Notes: generated by a model not told the origin, from the sequence alone. A stretch of DNA of 64,000 bases from Octopus sinensis (GCF_006345805.1 NC_043002.1:30628001-30692000), one strand, 5' to 3'; shown: positions 25,243 through 37,691, counted from the first letter of the stretch. Made by a program: numbers and translations.

Positions 25243-26422
25243 TCTTTATATATATAAAACTGAGAATGTGTGTCTGTCTGTCTGTCTGTGTGTTTCCCTA
25301 AAACTTGAGAACTACATAACCAATTTCATTCAAATTTTATACATGCCTTACGTAGGATCCGGGGAGTGTCATCAGCAAAAAATGTTTTAACTTTTTGCCT
25401 AGGGCGAGCCCACAGCAATATCATATCTTCTCCACTACGATTCCCTAAAACTTGAGAACTACACAACCAATTTCATTCAAATTTTACACATGCCTTACTT
25501 AGGGTCCATGTAGCTTCCTGGGCAAAAAAATGTTCAACTTCTTGCCTAGAGCGAGCCCATAGCAATATCATATCTTCTCCACTATTTCAGTATTACGTGT
25601 TAAAAGTGTTAAAAACATTTCTCTATTTTATGTCAGATACTTTCACTTTAACAATAAAAATAATAATAACAATTGAATTATATGTAGTAAGTAATAATTA
25701 AAATCAAACTAAAGTATAATATAATCGTAACATAACAAAAGTAAAAATAGCAATTGGTATAAAATTGCATCAATGACTTCAAGTTGAATAAGTGGTTTCA
25801 CATGAATGGGAATAAATTAAAAATAAAATTAGCGTGCAGAAATGGAATAGTCCAGATGGATAATAAAAAATTAAATTAAAGAAAAGACTATTGTCTATAA
25901 AGTATACAATGTAGAGAAAAAAGATTTGAACACATGGAGGAAAGCACCTTCGAAAAGTGTCTTGGTGCGACTATGAAAGATATCTAATCAGAGGCGGTAA
26001 ATTCGCCACAATAGAAGCAATGTTCGAGTCAACGGAGCGTGCAAGGGAGTACTCAACTCGAACTTGCAAAGTGGAAATATTTTATTTTTACCTTTATATC
26101 TAGCGCGTAGAACGTCCCAGAAAAAAATTTAAAATGCACCCCACCCCCAAGAAGTAGAAGTAGGCTGGATTGTAGCCACACTTCTATATAAGAGGGAGGA
26201 CAAGATACAATTGATCGAAATTGCAAGAGACGGGCTAACAATTCCAGTCTGTTATATATTTTGAGTATTGTTATCACTAGCGATATCAAGATATAACTTT
26301 GTATTTTGTATTTTATGTGTAGATGTATATATATAGATGTACATGTAATATGTACACATATATATACACATATATATATGCACTAGCACTATGACCCGGC
26401 AACGACGGGTCTTTAATGCTAG
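25243..26422 (+). mobile_element. Non-autonomous Helitron-like element with an internal 147-bp tandem duplication
   Basis: The 5' end is A|TCtttatatatataaaactgagaatgtgtgtctgtctgtctg...ccaatttcattcaaatttta. The 3' end has the hairpin gacccg-gcaacga-cgggtc, then CTAG|T at 26419-26423. There is no TSD. Units 25294-25440 and 25441-25585 are duplicated. Joining these 5' and 3' ends into one element is inference. Confidence 0.62.
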
Positions 26423-26564
26423 TATATATATATTTGCTTCTCAATCGACACTTCCGGGTTTAGTCCCACAGTATGGCACCTTTGCCAAATGTGTTCTGCA
26501 TCGGACCGACCAAGGCCACGTGAGTGGATTCAGTAGATTGAAACTCATGAAATATGCCCGTAGT

Positions 26565-26598
<34 letters not shown>

Positions 26599-27293
26599 CG
26601 TAACGGGATTGAACAGAGTCCATCTTTCGATATAACTGGTCAGTTAAATTCTAAAACAAAAGGCAAGTTATTAAGACCGTTATGTGGATATATGTAAATA
26701 AAAAAAAATTGAATCATAAATAAAAGTATGGAGTAGCAGTATATGTTGTAAGTGGCTCGAAACCGCCCAGGACGTTGAAAATAAAACAAACAAGCATGTA
26801 AATAAGCACCATGCGAAGCAAAGAACATCGCCCGCAGTGTCGTTAAAACCCAGAGAGGTCCCTATTTGGACCATTGTGGGTAAGGCGGCTGGGGTTAGGG
26901 GTTGGACAAAGGCCATAAGTGCTTGGCCTTTACAACATATCAGTAAGTAAATAATTGTAATTAATTGACAGGCATTTTATTAGGATAAACTATTAATTAG
27001 TAATATTAACATGATCTTAAGAACTATTGTGATATCTTCTAAACGTTATTGCACTATCACTCCCTCTTTTTCTAGACCTGATGACGTATCCCATTATGGT
27101 AAAGTTTTTATTTTAATTTTTATTATTTATGTGCACTGAAAAATTAACTCACCAATTAATATTTTTAATTTAGTCATTTACTTAACGTCCTGAAGCGTCG
27201 CATATGCAAAATGGTATGATTTAGATATATTAAGCCTTTCTTATTCTTCTCGAGGCTCTTCTTTTCTTTTCTTCTATTTTATGTATTTTTCTT

Positions 27294-27411
27294 CACTCTG
27301 ATGATGCGCCATCTTCCAGATCACATGTGTGACAAAACGTGACGAAGAATATTCTCAGAATTTTCAATGGCAACACCGAGGAACATTGGAAGCAGAAACG
27401 GCTGTTAGATG
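27294..27411 (+). ncRNA. Hammerhead ribozyme-like motif with ~90-nt extended stem II
   Basis: CACU-CUGAUGA-UG(cgccau)CUUCCA...UGGAAGCA-GAA-ACGGCUGU-U-AGAUG. The core is intact, stem II is closed by UG/CA plus CUUCCA/UGGAAG, stem III is quasi-palindromic, and stem I is 4 bp with one bulge. Confidence 0.55.
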
Positions 27412-27506
27412 GGATAAGGTATTTGTTTAAAAAAGTAATAAGTAATAATCGATATTAGCCACTTGTAGTTGATCAATATTTCTCCATTTTCTGTTTACTT
27501 TAAATA

Positions 27507-27540
27507 TCTGCTATATATATAAAATTGAAGTTTTCACTGT

Positions 27541-27578
<38 letters not shown>

Positions 27579-27720
27579 ACAAAAATTTAATGAACTTCAG
27601 TAACTTCTACATCTTTTATCCGATTACTTTCAAATTTTATATATAGTTGCTTCATATCCCAAACTCGAACATAGTCTACTTAGAATTTAAAATGATCGAT
27701 ATTGGGGACTCTAGAGCGTA
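27507..27720 (+). mobile_element. 5' end of a second Helitron-like non-autonomous element
   Basis: A|TCtgctatatatataaaattgaag...(GT)n...ccgattactttcaaattttatata has the same architecture as the 25243 terminus. No clear 3' CTAG hairpin was found. Confidence 0.5.
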
Positions 27721-28284
27721 CCCAACTAGGTAAATTTTTACAAGTTCTCCCCCACGCTTTTCACCTGAAAAAAAAAAACAATTTTTCGCGTGGAATCAGC
27801 TCCCCTGGTCTCCTAAGTACCCGCAAATCCCTTATTTTGGAGGTTCGGAAGAAAAGGCTGGGAGATGCAGGGTGGGGGACGAATGGATATTGTGGGAAAT
27901 TTTTTTTTACGTAGAAAGAATTACGGTGACCTTCTAATATGCCACAAAAACATTTTTTCTGGGGAACGGTGGGTAGGTGGAGTGGGGTGGAACCCTCAAA
28001 ATTTTCAGCCCCACCCCCCAAAAAAATTCCACAGGGAAATTCTTTTGGTAATTTTTTACATGAAGGTCAGTACTTGTTGGGAAGGGAACTTTTCCAGTAG
28101 CATTTGTCCTTTTAGAAATGACAGCCAAATCACCCTAGCCACACTGCACCGTCTTTGTTGAGCAAGACGAACCCGTACGGTATTCTTTCGTTAACTTTTG
28201 TGTGTGTGTGCATGAGTGTATATGTGTGGGAATATACACACACACACATGTACATACTCACATATGTATATACACACATATATA

Positions 28285-28514
28285 TATTTCTTTACTACCC
28301 ACAAGGGGCTAAACATAGAGGGGACAAACCAGGACAGACAAAGGGATTAAGTCGATTACATCGACCCAGTGCGAAACTGGTACTTTATTTATCGACCCCG
28401 AGAGGATGAAAGGCAAAGTCGACCTCGGCGGAATTTGAACTCAGAACGTAACGACAGACGAAATACCGCTAAGCATTTCGCCCGGCGCGCTAACGTTTCT
28501 GCCAGCTCGCCGCC
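28285..28514 (-). mobile_element. tRNA-derived SINE (family B), near full length, young-looking
   Basis: Minus strand reads ggcggcgagctggcagaaacgttag (A box)...gagttcaaattccgcc (B box)...gactttgcctttcatcctctcggggtcgataaataaagtaccag (central conserved, Meta-domain-like)...ccccttgtgggtagtaaagaaata. Confidence 0.9.
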
Positions 28515-28574
28515 TATACATATACATATATATGTACACACACAACTATTGATACACACACATATATACACACG

Positions 28575-28630
<56 letters not shown>

Positions 28631-29519
28631 TATACAGACACATATATACACACATGCATATACATGCATAAACGCACACATATATACACGCATATGCTTA
28701 CACAGAAAAGAGAACACATACATATATACACACACATATAAAAGACGATTCAGTGTGGTTGAGGAGATTTGGCTGTTATTTCTAAAATTACGAGCGCTAC
28801 TGGAAAGGTTCCATTGCCAACAAGAACTAACCCTCGTGTAAAAATTTGGCAAAAAATTTTCCCTCTGAAATTGGGTGAGTAGGGTTGAGGACTATAAAAA
28901 TTTTGGCGGGGGATGGAAATTCAAGGTCAACCTATATTAATCGGAAACGTAGATTGCTGTGCGACTCATAAACCTTCCCGCAAACAGGTAGGTTTGCAAG
29001 TGTGTGTGTGAATACATATATATACTGTCCCTTTTGCTGTCCTGGTGTTCGTATGCATTCGATCCTTCTTCCAGGAAATCTACGCTTCCAGCTTAGTTTT
29101 TCTTGGAGGGCTGGCCGTGATCTAGTAATCAAAAAATCAAGATTAATCAGCCGAAATTACTACGATGATCCGGTTCTTGACTGAAGACTGAGGGGTTCGA
29201 ATGTCCTGTCCATGTTTATTGTATCGTCTTCTATGAGTTATACGTTCTTGTCCATGTTGTATTTTTCTACATACCTTAATATATATATATATATATAATA
29301 TATATATATATATTTCGGTGCGAATGTTTTTTTTTTATACGGCGTCGATTTTATAATCCTGCAAATAATAATAATGCTATTTTTATATAAGTTTAAAGCT
29401 TCTGACGATCATCGTGCAAGGACTAAGGAGAATGAAGGGACATATAAGATCTCGACAGAAAAAAGTAGGGTTTCCTAGACATATATATATATATGTGTGT
29501 GTGTGTGTGGTGTGTGTGT

Positions 29520-29561
<42 letters not shown>

Positions 29562-29574
29562 TTCTGTATGTATA

Positions 29575-29727
29575 TAGGTGCAGCGTGGCTGTGTGTTAAG
29601 AAGCTTGCTTCCCAACCACATGGTTCTGAGTTCAGGTTCACTGCGTGGCATCTTGGGCAAGCATCTGGCCGACCAAAGCCTTGTGAGTGGATTTGGTAGA
29701 CGGGATTTCAAAGAAGCCCGTTCTATA

Positions 29728-29769
<42 letters not shown>

Positions 29770-29965
29770 GTGTGCGTCTGTGCTTGTCACCCTCTCCCAT
29801 CACTTGAGAACAGATGTTGGTGTGTTACGTCTCCGCAACTTAGCGGTTCGGTTAAAGACTCCGATTGAATAAGCACTAGGCTTACAACGAATAAATCCCG
29901 GGGTCGATTTCTTCAGCTAAAGGCTATGCCCCAGCATGAAATGACTCAAACAAGTAAATGAATAA
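29575..29965 (+). mobile_element. tRNA-derived SINE (family A)
   Basis: gcgtggctgtgtgttaagaagcttgcttcccaaccacatggttctgagttcaggttc...gaccaaagccttgtgagtggatttggtagac...ggggtcgatttcttc...aatgactcaaacaagtaa. Confidence 0.87.
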
Positions 29966-29979
29966 ATAAATAAGTGAAG

Positions 29980-30032
<53 letters not shown>

Positions 30033-30324
30033 TCCGCTATCGACCTCGTCTATCATCGATTCTATAAAGACAAAATAAGCACTAATTTAACACTGCTGTC
30101 GTTATAATCGACTGAACCTTTGACCCCCAAATTCCTGGACATCTACCAAAATCTGAAACCAGCATTAATTAAGAAAGTACGGCTTAAAATAAAAGTATAG
30201 ATATACCGACAACTAGAAGCAGAAATAAATAGTATTTAACAATTTTATCTTACGTAATCTGAAGAAAATGTATCATTCCTTTAAATGTAATTTCTCTTTA
30301 TTATTATTATTATTACTATTACTA

Positions 30325-30403
<79 letters not shown>

Positions 30404-30679
30404 GTTGTTGCTGTTGTTGTTGTTGTTTTTGTTGCTGTTGTATAACATGGCGAAAATAAAGTCAACGAACATGAAATTATAATGGAAAAATGAATAAACT
30501 CATATATTAGCTGATTAATATTTTAACACATACATACATATACACTCACCTATATGTGTGTGTATGCGTGTGTGCGTGTGATATATGTATATAGATATAT
30601 ATTATATACATATATAAGCACAAACATATACATGCATATATATTAATACATACATATATATATATATATATAATATATA

Positions 30680-30712
<33 letters not shown>

Positions 30713-32174
30713 CACAAACACACACACATACATATATAAATACATACAGATATCCCTATACACGCACACACGGGTGCCTGCAAACAATGATGAATAGGCA
30801 AAGAAGGAAGCTATAATATATTTCCAAAATACCTTAATCACGTGACTAAAGGTTAAAGTTTAGGGATTGGTTTACTTGTAAGGTAAAAAAGGAAAAGCAA
30901 AGAACGGCAAATGTAATTTTGCAATTGATGAGTTTTGTTTTGTTTTCTTTTATCTTTTTGTTCTTTTTTTGAAACAACATATTGTGTTTTATTGTTTCTG
31001 TGAGATCTTGAACAAATTGAAACAAACCACTTTTTCCAGGAGCAGAAGAAAAATTCTAGAACATTCGAAGTTGTAATTTCCCAATTTTTTTAATGTCACA
31101 AATTGTCGAATTTTAAAGTGCAAGTTCAAATCTATTGTGTCTTCATCACTAACTTTATATAAAGTATTTAACAATGGTCTTTACTTGTTCAGGAAGGGTA
31201 ACATAAGTCGAAAACAATCTTAGGGGTTGCTTCCTCTGATTACGCTGCTTTCAGATAAATACGATCTTACATATATAATAATGTGAGTTGAAAGCCCGCT
31301 TGATTGAGATCATTAATGTAATTATACATTGAGATTATAAAGTTTAGAATCAACAAAGAGGGGAGATAACCGTAATAAGGTCTTGCCAATGGGAAGGGGA
31401 ATAAATACGATAAAGACGGGAAAGGGAAAAAAATCTCATCGTATGGCTAACAGGAAGGGTGCGTATTGTTGGGCTGTGAGAAGTGCTTGCACATTTTAGA
31501 ATTGGGAAAAGGGCGGGTATTGTAGGGTCGGGAGAAAAGGTCCTACATTGTAAAGCTAGAAGCGGCTGGATGTTGTAGGGCTGATAAAATTGCCTGGACA
31601 TTGTAGTGACAATAGTCTGGACATTGTAAGACTGAGTGAAAGGGGGTACGTTATGGTGCTGACCTAGAAAATCGTGGCACCGACCTTGTTTTGAGACGAG
31701 GAAGTGTAGCACGTTTCAAATTGTTTCTGGCAAAGGTACCCAGAACCAGGAAACGTTTGCTATCGGTTCCTCTGGTTGTAAATATACTTGTGTTAATGAA
31801 ACCACTCTTCCATAAAGTTGACTCGATATACTTCACTGGGACATGATTTATCTTAGTTGAATCGGATGATGGCTGAAATCTACAACTAAAGACTGTATAA
31901 ATTCTATCCAAAGATTTTTCATGCAGTTTACCCCAGTCAAATTTCCCTCACAATATTTGGGATAATCTAGGACCATTGCAGAAGACAGTCAAGATGCCGC
32001 AGAGTGGAATCGAAACTAAAACAATTAGTTCAAAACAAACTATTCAATCAAAGAGCCAGGTATTTGCCATTAAGTTTGAATGTATAATTATTGTTGGAAC
32101 TGCATCCCATTTCAATAAGTTTAAATAAACTTGATGCAGCTTAAAATAATTTTAAAACAAATTGAATAAACTCC

Positions 32175-32595
32175 CAGGCAGGCTGTATGTTAAGATGCTT
32201 GCTGCCCATCTGCATGGTTTACGGTTAAGTTCCACTGCCAAGAGCCTTACGCAGGTGCCTTATACTATAGCCCCAGGCTGCCAAAGTCTTGCAAGGGGAT
32301 TTCGTAGACGGAAACTGAAAGAAGCCCGGTGTATGTATATATGTATGTATGTGCATGTTTGTGTGTGTGTTTGTGTGTTCATGTGTGTGTGTGTGTGTGT
32401 TTGTTTTTTTGTTCTCAACCACTGCTTGACAACCGGTATTTGTTTATTTTCGCCCCACTGCATAACAGTTCGGCAAAAGATCCTTATAGAATATGTACCA
32501 GGCTTAAAAAAATAAGCCTGATTCGTTCGACTAAAACTTTCCATGGCTGTGCTTCAGCATGGCCGCAGTCGAATGACTGAAGCAAGTAAAAAATA
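32175..32595 (+). mobile_element. tRNA-derived SINE (family A)
   Basis: Same head, body and tail as 10702-11195, including caaccactgcttgacaaccgg and cagcatggccgcagtcgaatgactgaagcaagtaa. Confidence 0.85.
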
Positions 32596-32905
32596 AAATA
32601 TAAAAACACCTAATCTCTTTCTTAATTAAATGCGGTCATCGAACTATATTTCTAATCCATTTATCTAACGAGGAATTAATTACAGTTTAGTTCCACCTGA
32701 CAAATTCTTTAACATATAAGAAAACACCTTTTATAAATCAATGGGTAACATCTGTTTTGAAAATAGAGAACATAATTTCACGGTTTGTAAATATATTTGT
32801 GTTAATGAAATCACTCTTCCATAAAGTTAACTCGTTATACTTCATTGGGACATAATTTATCTTTGTTGAATGTTATCAGTGATAATTCAATGCTAACTCT
32901 TTGAA

Positions 32906-34332
32906 CCCTAACCACTCAGAGGAATTGGATGCACCACTCTATGCTCCCAGCGAGTTCCACTGAAAGTTTTTAACTTTAGAATATATGCTGTAAGATATGC
33001 TTGTTTCACAAAACAAGGGTACAAAATTGTGAAAAATGATAGAATACAAGATGTTAAAGGATTTTTTCACTAATTTATCTCCAATACTGCGCTTTGCTGT
33101 GGCTATCGTGTCAGCAGTTTGCTCCTGTGTTCCCAATACAGAGGAAAACTTTGCAGTGGTTACACCAGAAAATAGTCTTTGACAGTTTTGGCAAGTCCTT
33201 ATATTTAGCATTAGGATTTGATCGTTTAGCCTGCCTATGTTTCTCCGTTTAAACACCAGAACGATTGTTTGTGGTTGCAGGTTCAGCTCGTTCCACTTCT
33301 TGCTACCCAACGTCAACCAAACGATCCTCTGCAGTTGCTGGATAAGCATATCCCGCTTGAGTACTGACTCTCATATCACCGATTAGTTCATGACAGGGCT
33401 TATCCAAGAAGGTCTGGAATGTGAAGCTTCTTTTCTTAGGCTAAACATGGGGCTTGTAAAATCCCTGCAAAACATAAGCATTATATGATGTCCACATAAA
33501 GAACTTCATCACTAATCGGCCAGTACTGTTCATACCTATCCTTATGAATTAATATCTCTATGGCAACCCTACACCCAAAGAAGGCCTTCATCTCTTTTAC
33601 TGTCGTGTCATACCATTTTCGCCGCATAGTTATTGGGCTTAGTAGCCTTGACACGTGCGGCATTCTTATTAGTTTCTCTAAACAAAATGTCCCAAGGCAC
33701 ATCGTCCCAGAACAAGGAAAGGAAATTCAAAGAACCACTTTAACCATTTATATGAGGTGGAATATTGTTTGGGTCAGTGGGGTGGTTAGGACTAAACTGT
33801 CTTGCTATAAAACCAGCCGTATCCCGTCTCCAGGAATGAGAAATATTCATGTTTAATATCACCATCAAGCCTCTGCTAACACCCAACTTTACGCCTTATC
33901 TCTTATTAGCCTGGGAAGTTTAGGCTTGCACTACAGCATTGGCTACATTACGTACAAGTTCACCTTGATCACTTTCGGAATTGCTGGGCGATTCTTAACT
34001 AGTTTCTTTCTCAAAATCAATTTTGTTGCCGTAATCGGACTCATCTAAATCTTCTTCATCACCACTAAAAATCTGAGCTAGTGCTTCTTCAGCACTGAAA
34101 ACATTTTGAAAATATTGTCATCAAAATTCAAGCACGAAATAAGGAAACCACGATAGAATATGTATGCTGAAGAACCGAAATAACACGCTCACTGATTGGT
34201 TGCTAAGTGGCTCAAGTGTCTATTTTTGTAGCGTGTAACACAATGAAGACACGTAGAGTCCCGTAGACCAGCATTTCGGGAAAATACGGCCTTGACATAG
34301 TGCCGATGCACCGGCATTTCGGATTCTAAGGG
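32906..34332 (-). mobile_element. Internally deleted piggyBac transposon remnant
   Basis: The terminus AAGGG|TTAA is at 34328-34336. Minus strand ~34110-33480 gives an acidic N-terminus and FLSLFWDDVPWDILFRETNKNA...WYDTTVKEMKAFFG...YEQYW. ~33240-33075 gives the cysteine-rich domain KTIFWCNHCKVFLCIGNTGANC*HD-H. The other end (tgaa|ccct at ~32902-32909) is decayed and uncertain. Confidence 0.82.
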
Positions 34333-35649
34333 TTAATTGTTGGTGTTCGTTTAAACATTCAAGAAGTGACTCAACGTATTCATCTTCTACCTCTTGCAAT
34401 TTTCTGCAAGATGTCCAGTATACAAATGTGACGAACTGTCTTTGTATCGCCTATTTTATGATGTTGTCTTCTTAATTCATTGTACAGTTTCAAGAGTAAA
34501 ATTTTTATATGCTTTGCTAGTTACTTCACTAGAAAAACAATGAGTTAATTTCCATTAGTGTGTTGGATTGTGTATTGAAGACAATCTTTCATTGCTTTGA
34601 ATCTAACTTTCGTCATCCATAAACATATACAAAATTATAGGTTTAAGATAAATGATGAAATGAATTTAGATTTTGAACGAATTAAATTGAGTTGAAACAA
34701 TTCAAAGCCGAGATATTTAATGTGTTTAATCTGGATTTCTTCCATTTGCTGCAATATTACCTTAGTTTACATATTGTCTTAATTCGCCTTAAATTTTCTT
34801 TTTCTAAATTTGAGTCGCGTTTTATTTTGATACGAGGTTAATTTGTACCTGAAATGGTTAGGTTTTATCTAAAAATATTTCCAGCACAATTCTTTTCTTG
34901 ATATGATCAAAAGAAGGCAACAGTTAGTTTATTTATTCAACACCAATGAGTTTAAATATACTTTTAAAAAATCATTTCAAAATAATGAAAAAGCTTGTAA
35001 ATCCAGAAATATTTTATACTTATGCTGAGAACTTTCTTCAAAACCAGAGAGCACATTTATGTTACCTCAAAACCGCAAAACAACAGCCAGGTGAAGGATG
35101 ATCATTTCTAGAACACAAATTATAAATTTCAACAGATTCAGTTAATTAGACAGAACTTCCCGCAATATTTATTTTATCAAAATCTAGAAAGATGTGAAGT
35201 AATGTCTGCCGTTACAGGATTTGAAGACACAGCATGATAAAGCCGAAACTACCTACTGACGAAAGATAAAGTTGTATCGTGAAATTTGAACTCAAACACT
35301 CTTCACATGCGTAGCTAACAAATACACGGCGTTGACTTTGTGGTTCTACAACTTCAGCCAACCAACTGATTAAATTAGAAAAACAATGAGTTAATTTCCA
35401 TTGGCGTGTGGGATTCTGTATTGAATATATGTATGTATATGCATGTGTGTATGTGTGTATACTTATATATGTATGTGTATAAGCATGTGTGTGCGTGAGT
35501 ACCTGTGTAGGCGTGTAATATTGTTCAGATTAGTAAAATACTTCTCTCCTGAATATGAATTAACATGAATGAAAGTCATTAATGTCTACTTACCATAAAT
35601 CTGATATTCCATTCATATTTTCATTACTTAGAATATTCATTTCATTAAT

Positions 35650-35733
35650 GATATATTTGTTTAAAATTCACACGCACATGCATACACACATAGAAATCCG
35701 TGAATAGATACAGATAGACAGACAAACAGATCA

Positions 35734-35827
<94 letters not shown>

Positions 35828-35966
35828 GGAGATACAAATATGGATAGATAGATAGACAGATAAATAGATAGGGAGAGAAAGAGAGAGAGAGAAATACAAA
35901 GATAGCTAGCTAGCTAGATAGATAGAGGGAGAGAGAGAAACAGATAGATTGATAGATAGAGAGACC

Positions 35967-35997
<31 letters not shown>

Positions 35998-36010
35998 ATT
36001 GATAGATAAT
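35650..36010. repeat. (GATA)n / (GA)n compound microsatellite
   Basis: Long gatagata run followed by GA repeats. Confidence 0.95.
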
Positions 36011-36109
36011 TACATACACATATACATACATATGTATATATAATTGCTATATTTTCTCCCACGCTGTTTCTAACCTCACCTGCATCCTATTCGTTGCCTT
36101 ACATTTGCC

Positions 36110-36566
36110 GTGCATATTTCTCTTCTCTTTCTTTTTTTTTTGTACACTTTTTCCTTTCTTCCCGTCTCCCCCTCTTCCTTTCTTGTTCTCTTTCCTTTCT
36201 TTTTTCCTTTTCTGTTTTACTTCTTTCTTTATTTCGTCTTTTGTTTCTTTCCTTGATTCATTTTCTCTCACTTCCTTCACTTCTTTCTTTTTCCTTTTTC
36301 CTTACCGTCTTCATTTCTTTCTTTCTTTCTTTCTCTCTCTCCCATCTTTCCTTTTTCTTTGTTTCTTCCTTCCTTCCAACCTTCTTTTCTCCCATTTGTC
36401 TTCTTTCTCTTTTATTTTCTTTCTCCCCTTTTCATTTTCTTTCCGTTTTCCTTTCGTTTCTTTCTTTCTTTCTGTCTCTCTTTCCCCCTTCTTTCTTTCT
36501 CCCTTTATTTCTTTCTCTCTTTCTTTCATTCATTCATTCTTTCTATCTTTCTTTCTTTCTTTCTTC

Positions 36567-36597
<31 letters not shown>

Positions 36598-36760
36598 TCC
36601 TTCTTTCTTTCTTTCTTTCTGTGTCTCTTTCTTTTTTCTTTCTTATTCTCATTCATTCATCCTATCTTTTCTCTCATACATTCGCCTCGCTATTGTAGAG
36701 ATTTTAATTTTTGTTTTCTTTTCTTTTTCTGTTTTTACTTGCTTTTTTTCCTACCGCCAC
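36110..36760. repeat. Pyrimidine-rich (TTTC)n low-complexity tract, followed by (ACC/AAC)-rich tract to ~37170
   Basis: Almost exclusively C/T on the plus strand; explains the F/S/L-rich ORFs. Confidence 0.93.
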
Positions 36761-37545
36761 CACCTGTTTTCCATTTTACCAACACTACCACCACCACCAT
36801 CTGTTTTCCATTCTATCACAACTGCCGCTACCACCACCGGCAACAAAAACAACACTAACGCCACAAACACCAACACCAATAACACTACCAACACCTCTAC
36901 CACCATCATCACAACCACCACCACCAAACAACACTATTCCCACCACCAAATATTACAACCATCAAACACCAACACCAAACACCACCGCCACCAAACTCAA
37001 AACACCACGCCCTTAACCACTACAAGCAGCACCGCAACTACCATCACCAACAGTTTCAGTACCAACCCAACCATCACTATCAATACCAGCAGCACCCCCG
37101 CCACCACCACAGCCCTAACTACTACAACCATCACCAGACCTACCAGCACCACCTGTACCGTACCACCTTCAGCACTCCACTTTTTCGCCGTGTTTAGACA
37201 TAATATTATTTACCTGATAACGATGTTAATTACGATATGAATATATTTATTGGATAGATTCTTTCTGTTTTTATGTATGCATTTATTTTGACTGTTTTCT
37301 CATTTATTTTGGTAGTCAAGGTGACAGATGGCGGATGTTTACATCTGTATGGTTGACTGGTGTTATTTACGACAGGACACCTAAATCAGACACTGCGTAT
37401 ACATACATGTATGCATATATATATATATGTATGTATGTATATATACATACATACATGCATGAGGGTATATGTAAGAGAAATAATATATGATAATGTGTAC
37501 ATGCTTGTGTATATGCGTATGTGTGTCTCTGCATGTGTGCATGTG

Positions 37546-37588
<43 letters not shown>

Positions 37589-37625
37589 AACCTTTTCACT
37601 GTATGTATGTATGTATGTATGTATG

Positions 37626-37691
<66 letters not shown>

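Noticed and set aside
26640-26916. FFASHGAYLHAC, resembling the Helitron helicase FSHGQLYVA motif
   Set aside because: The similarity is limited to SHG, and no upstream FAMTINKSQG motif is present.
31515-31630. CRISPR-like repeat-spacer appearance
   Set aside because: The repeats are only ~10 bp and variable, there are no cas genes, and the context is eukaryotic. It is kept only as a low-interest motif array.
36094-37240. 254- and 293-aa hydrophobic/Thr-rich ORFs resembling membrane or mucin proteins
   Set aside because: They come from (TTTC)n and (ACC/AAC)n low-complexity DNA that lacks stop codons by composition; no splice or domain support.
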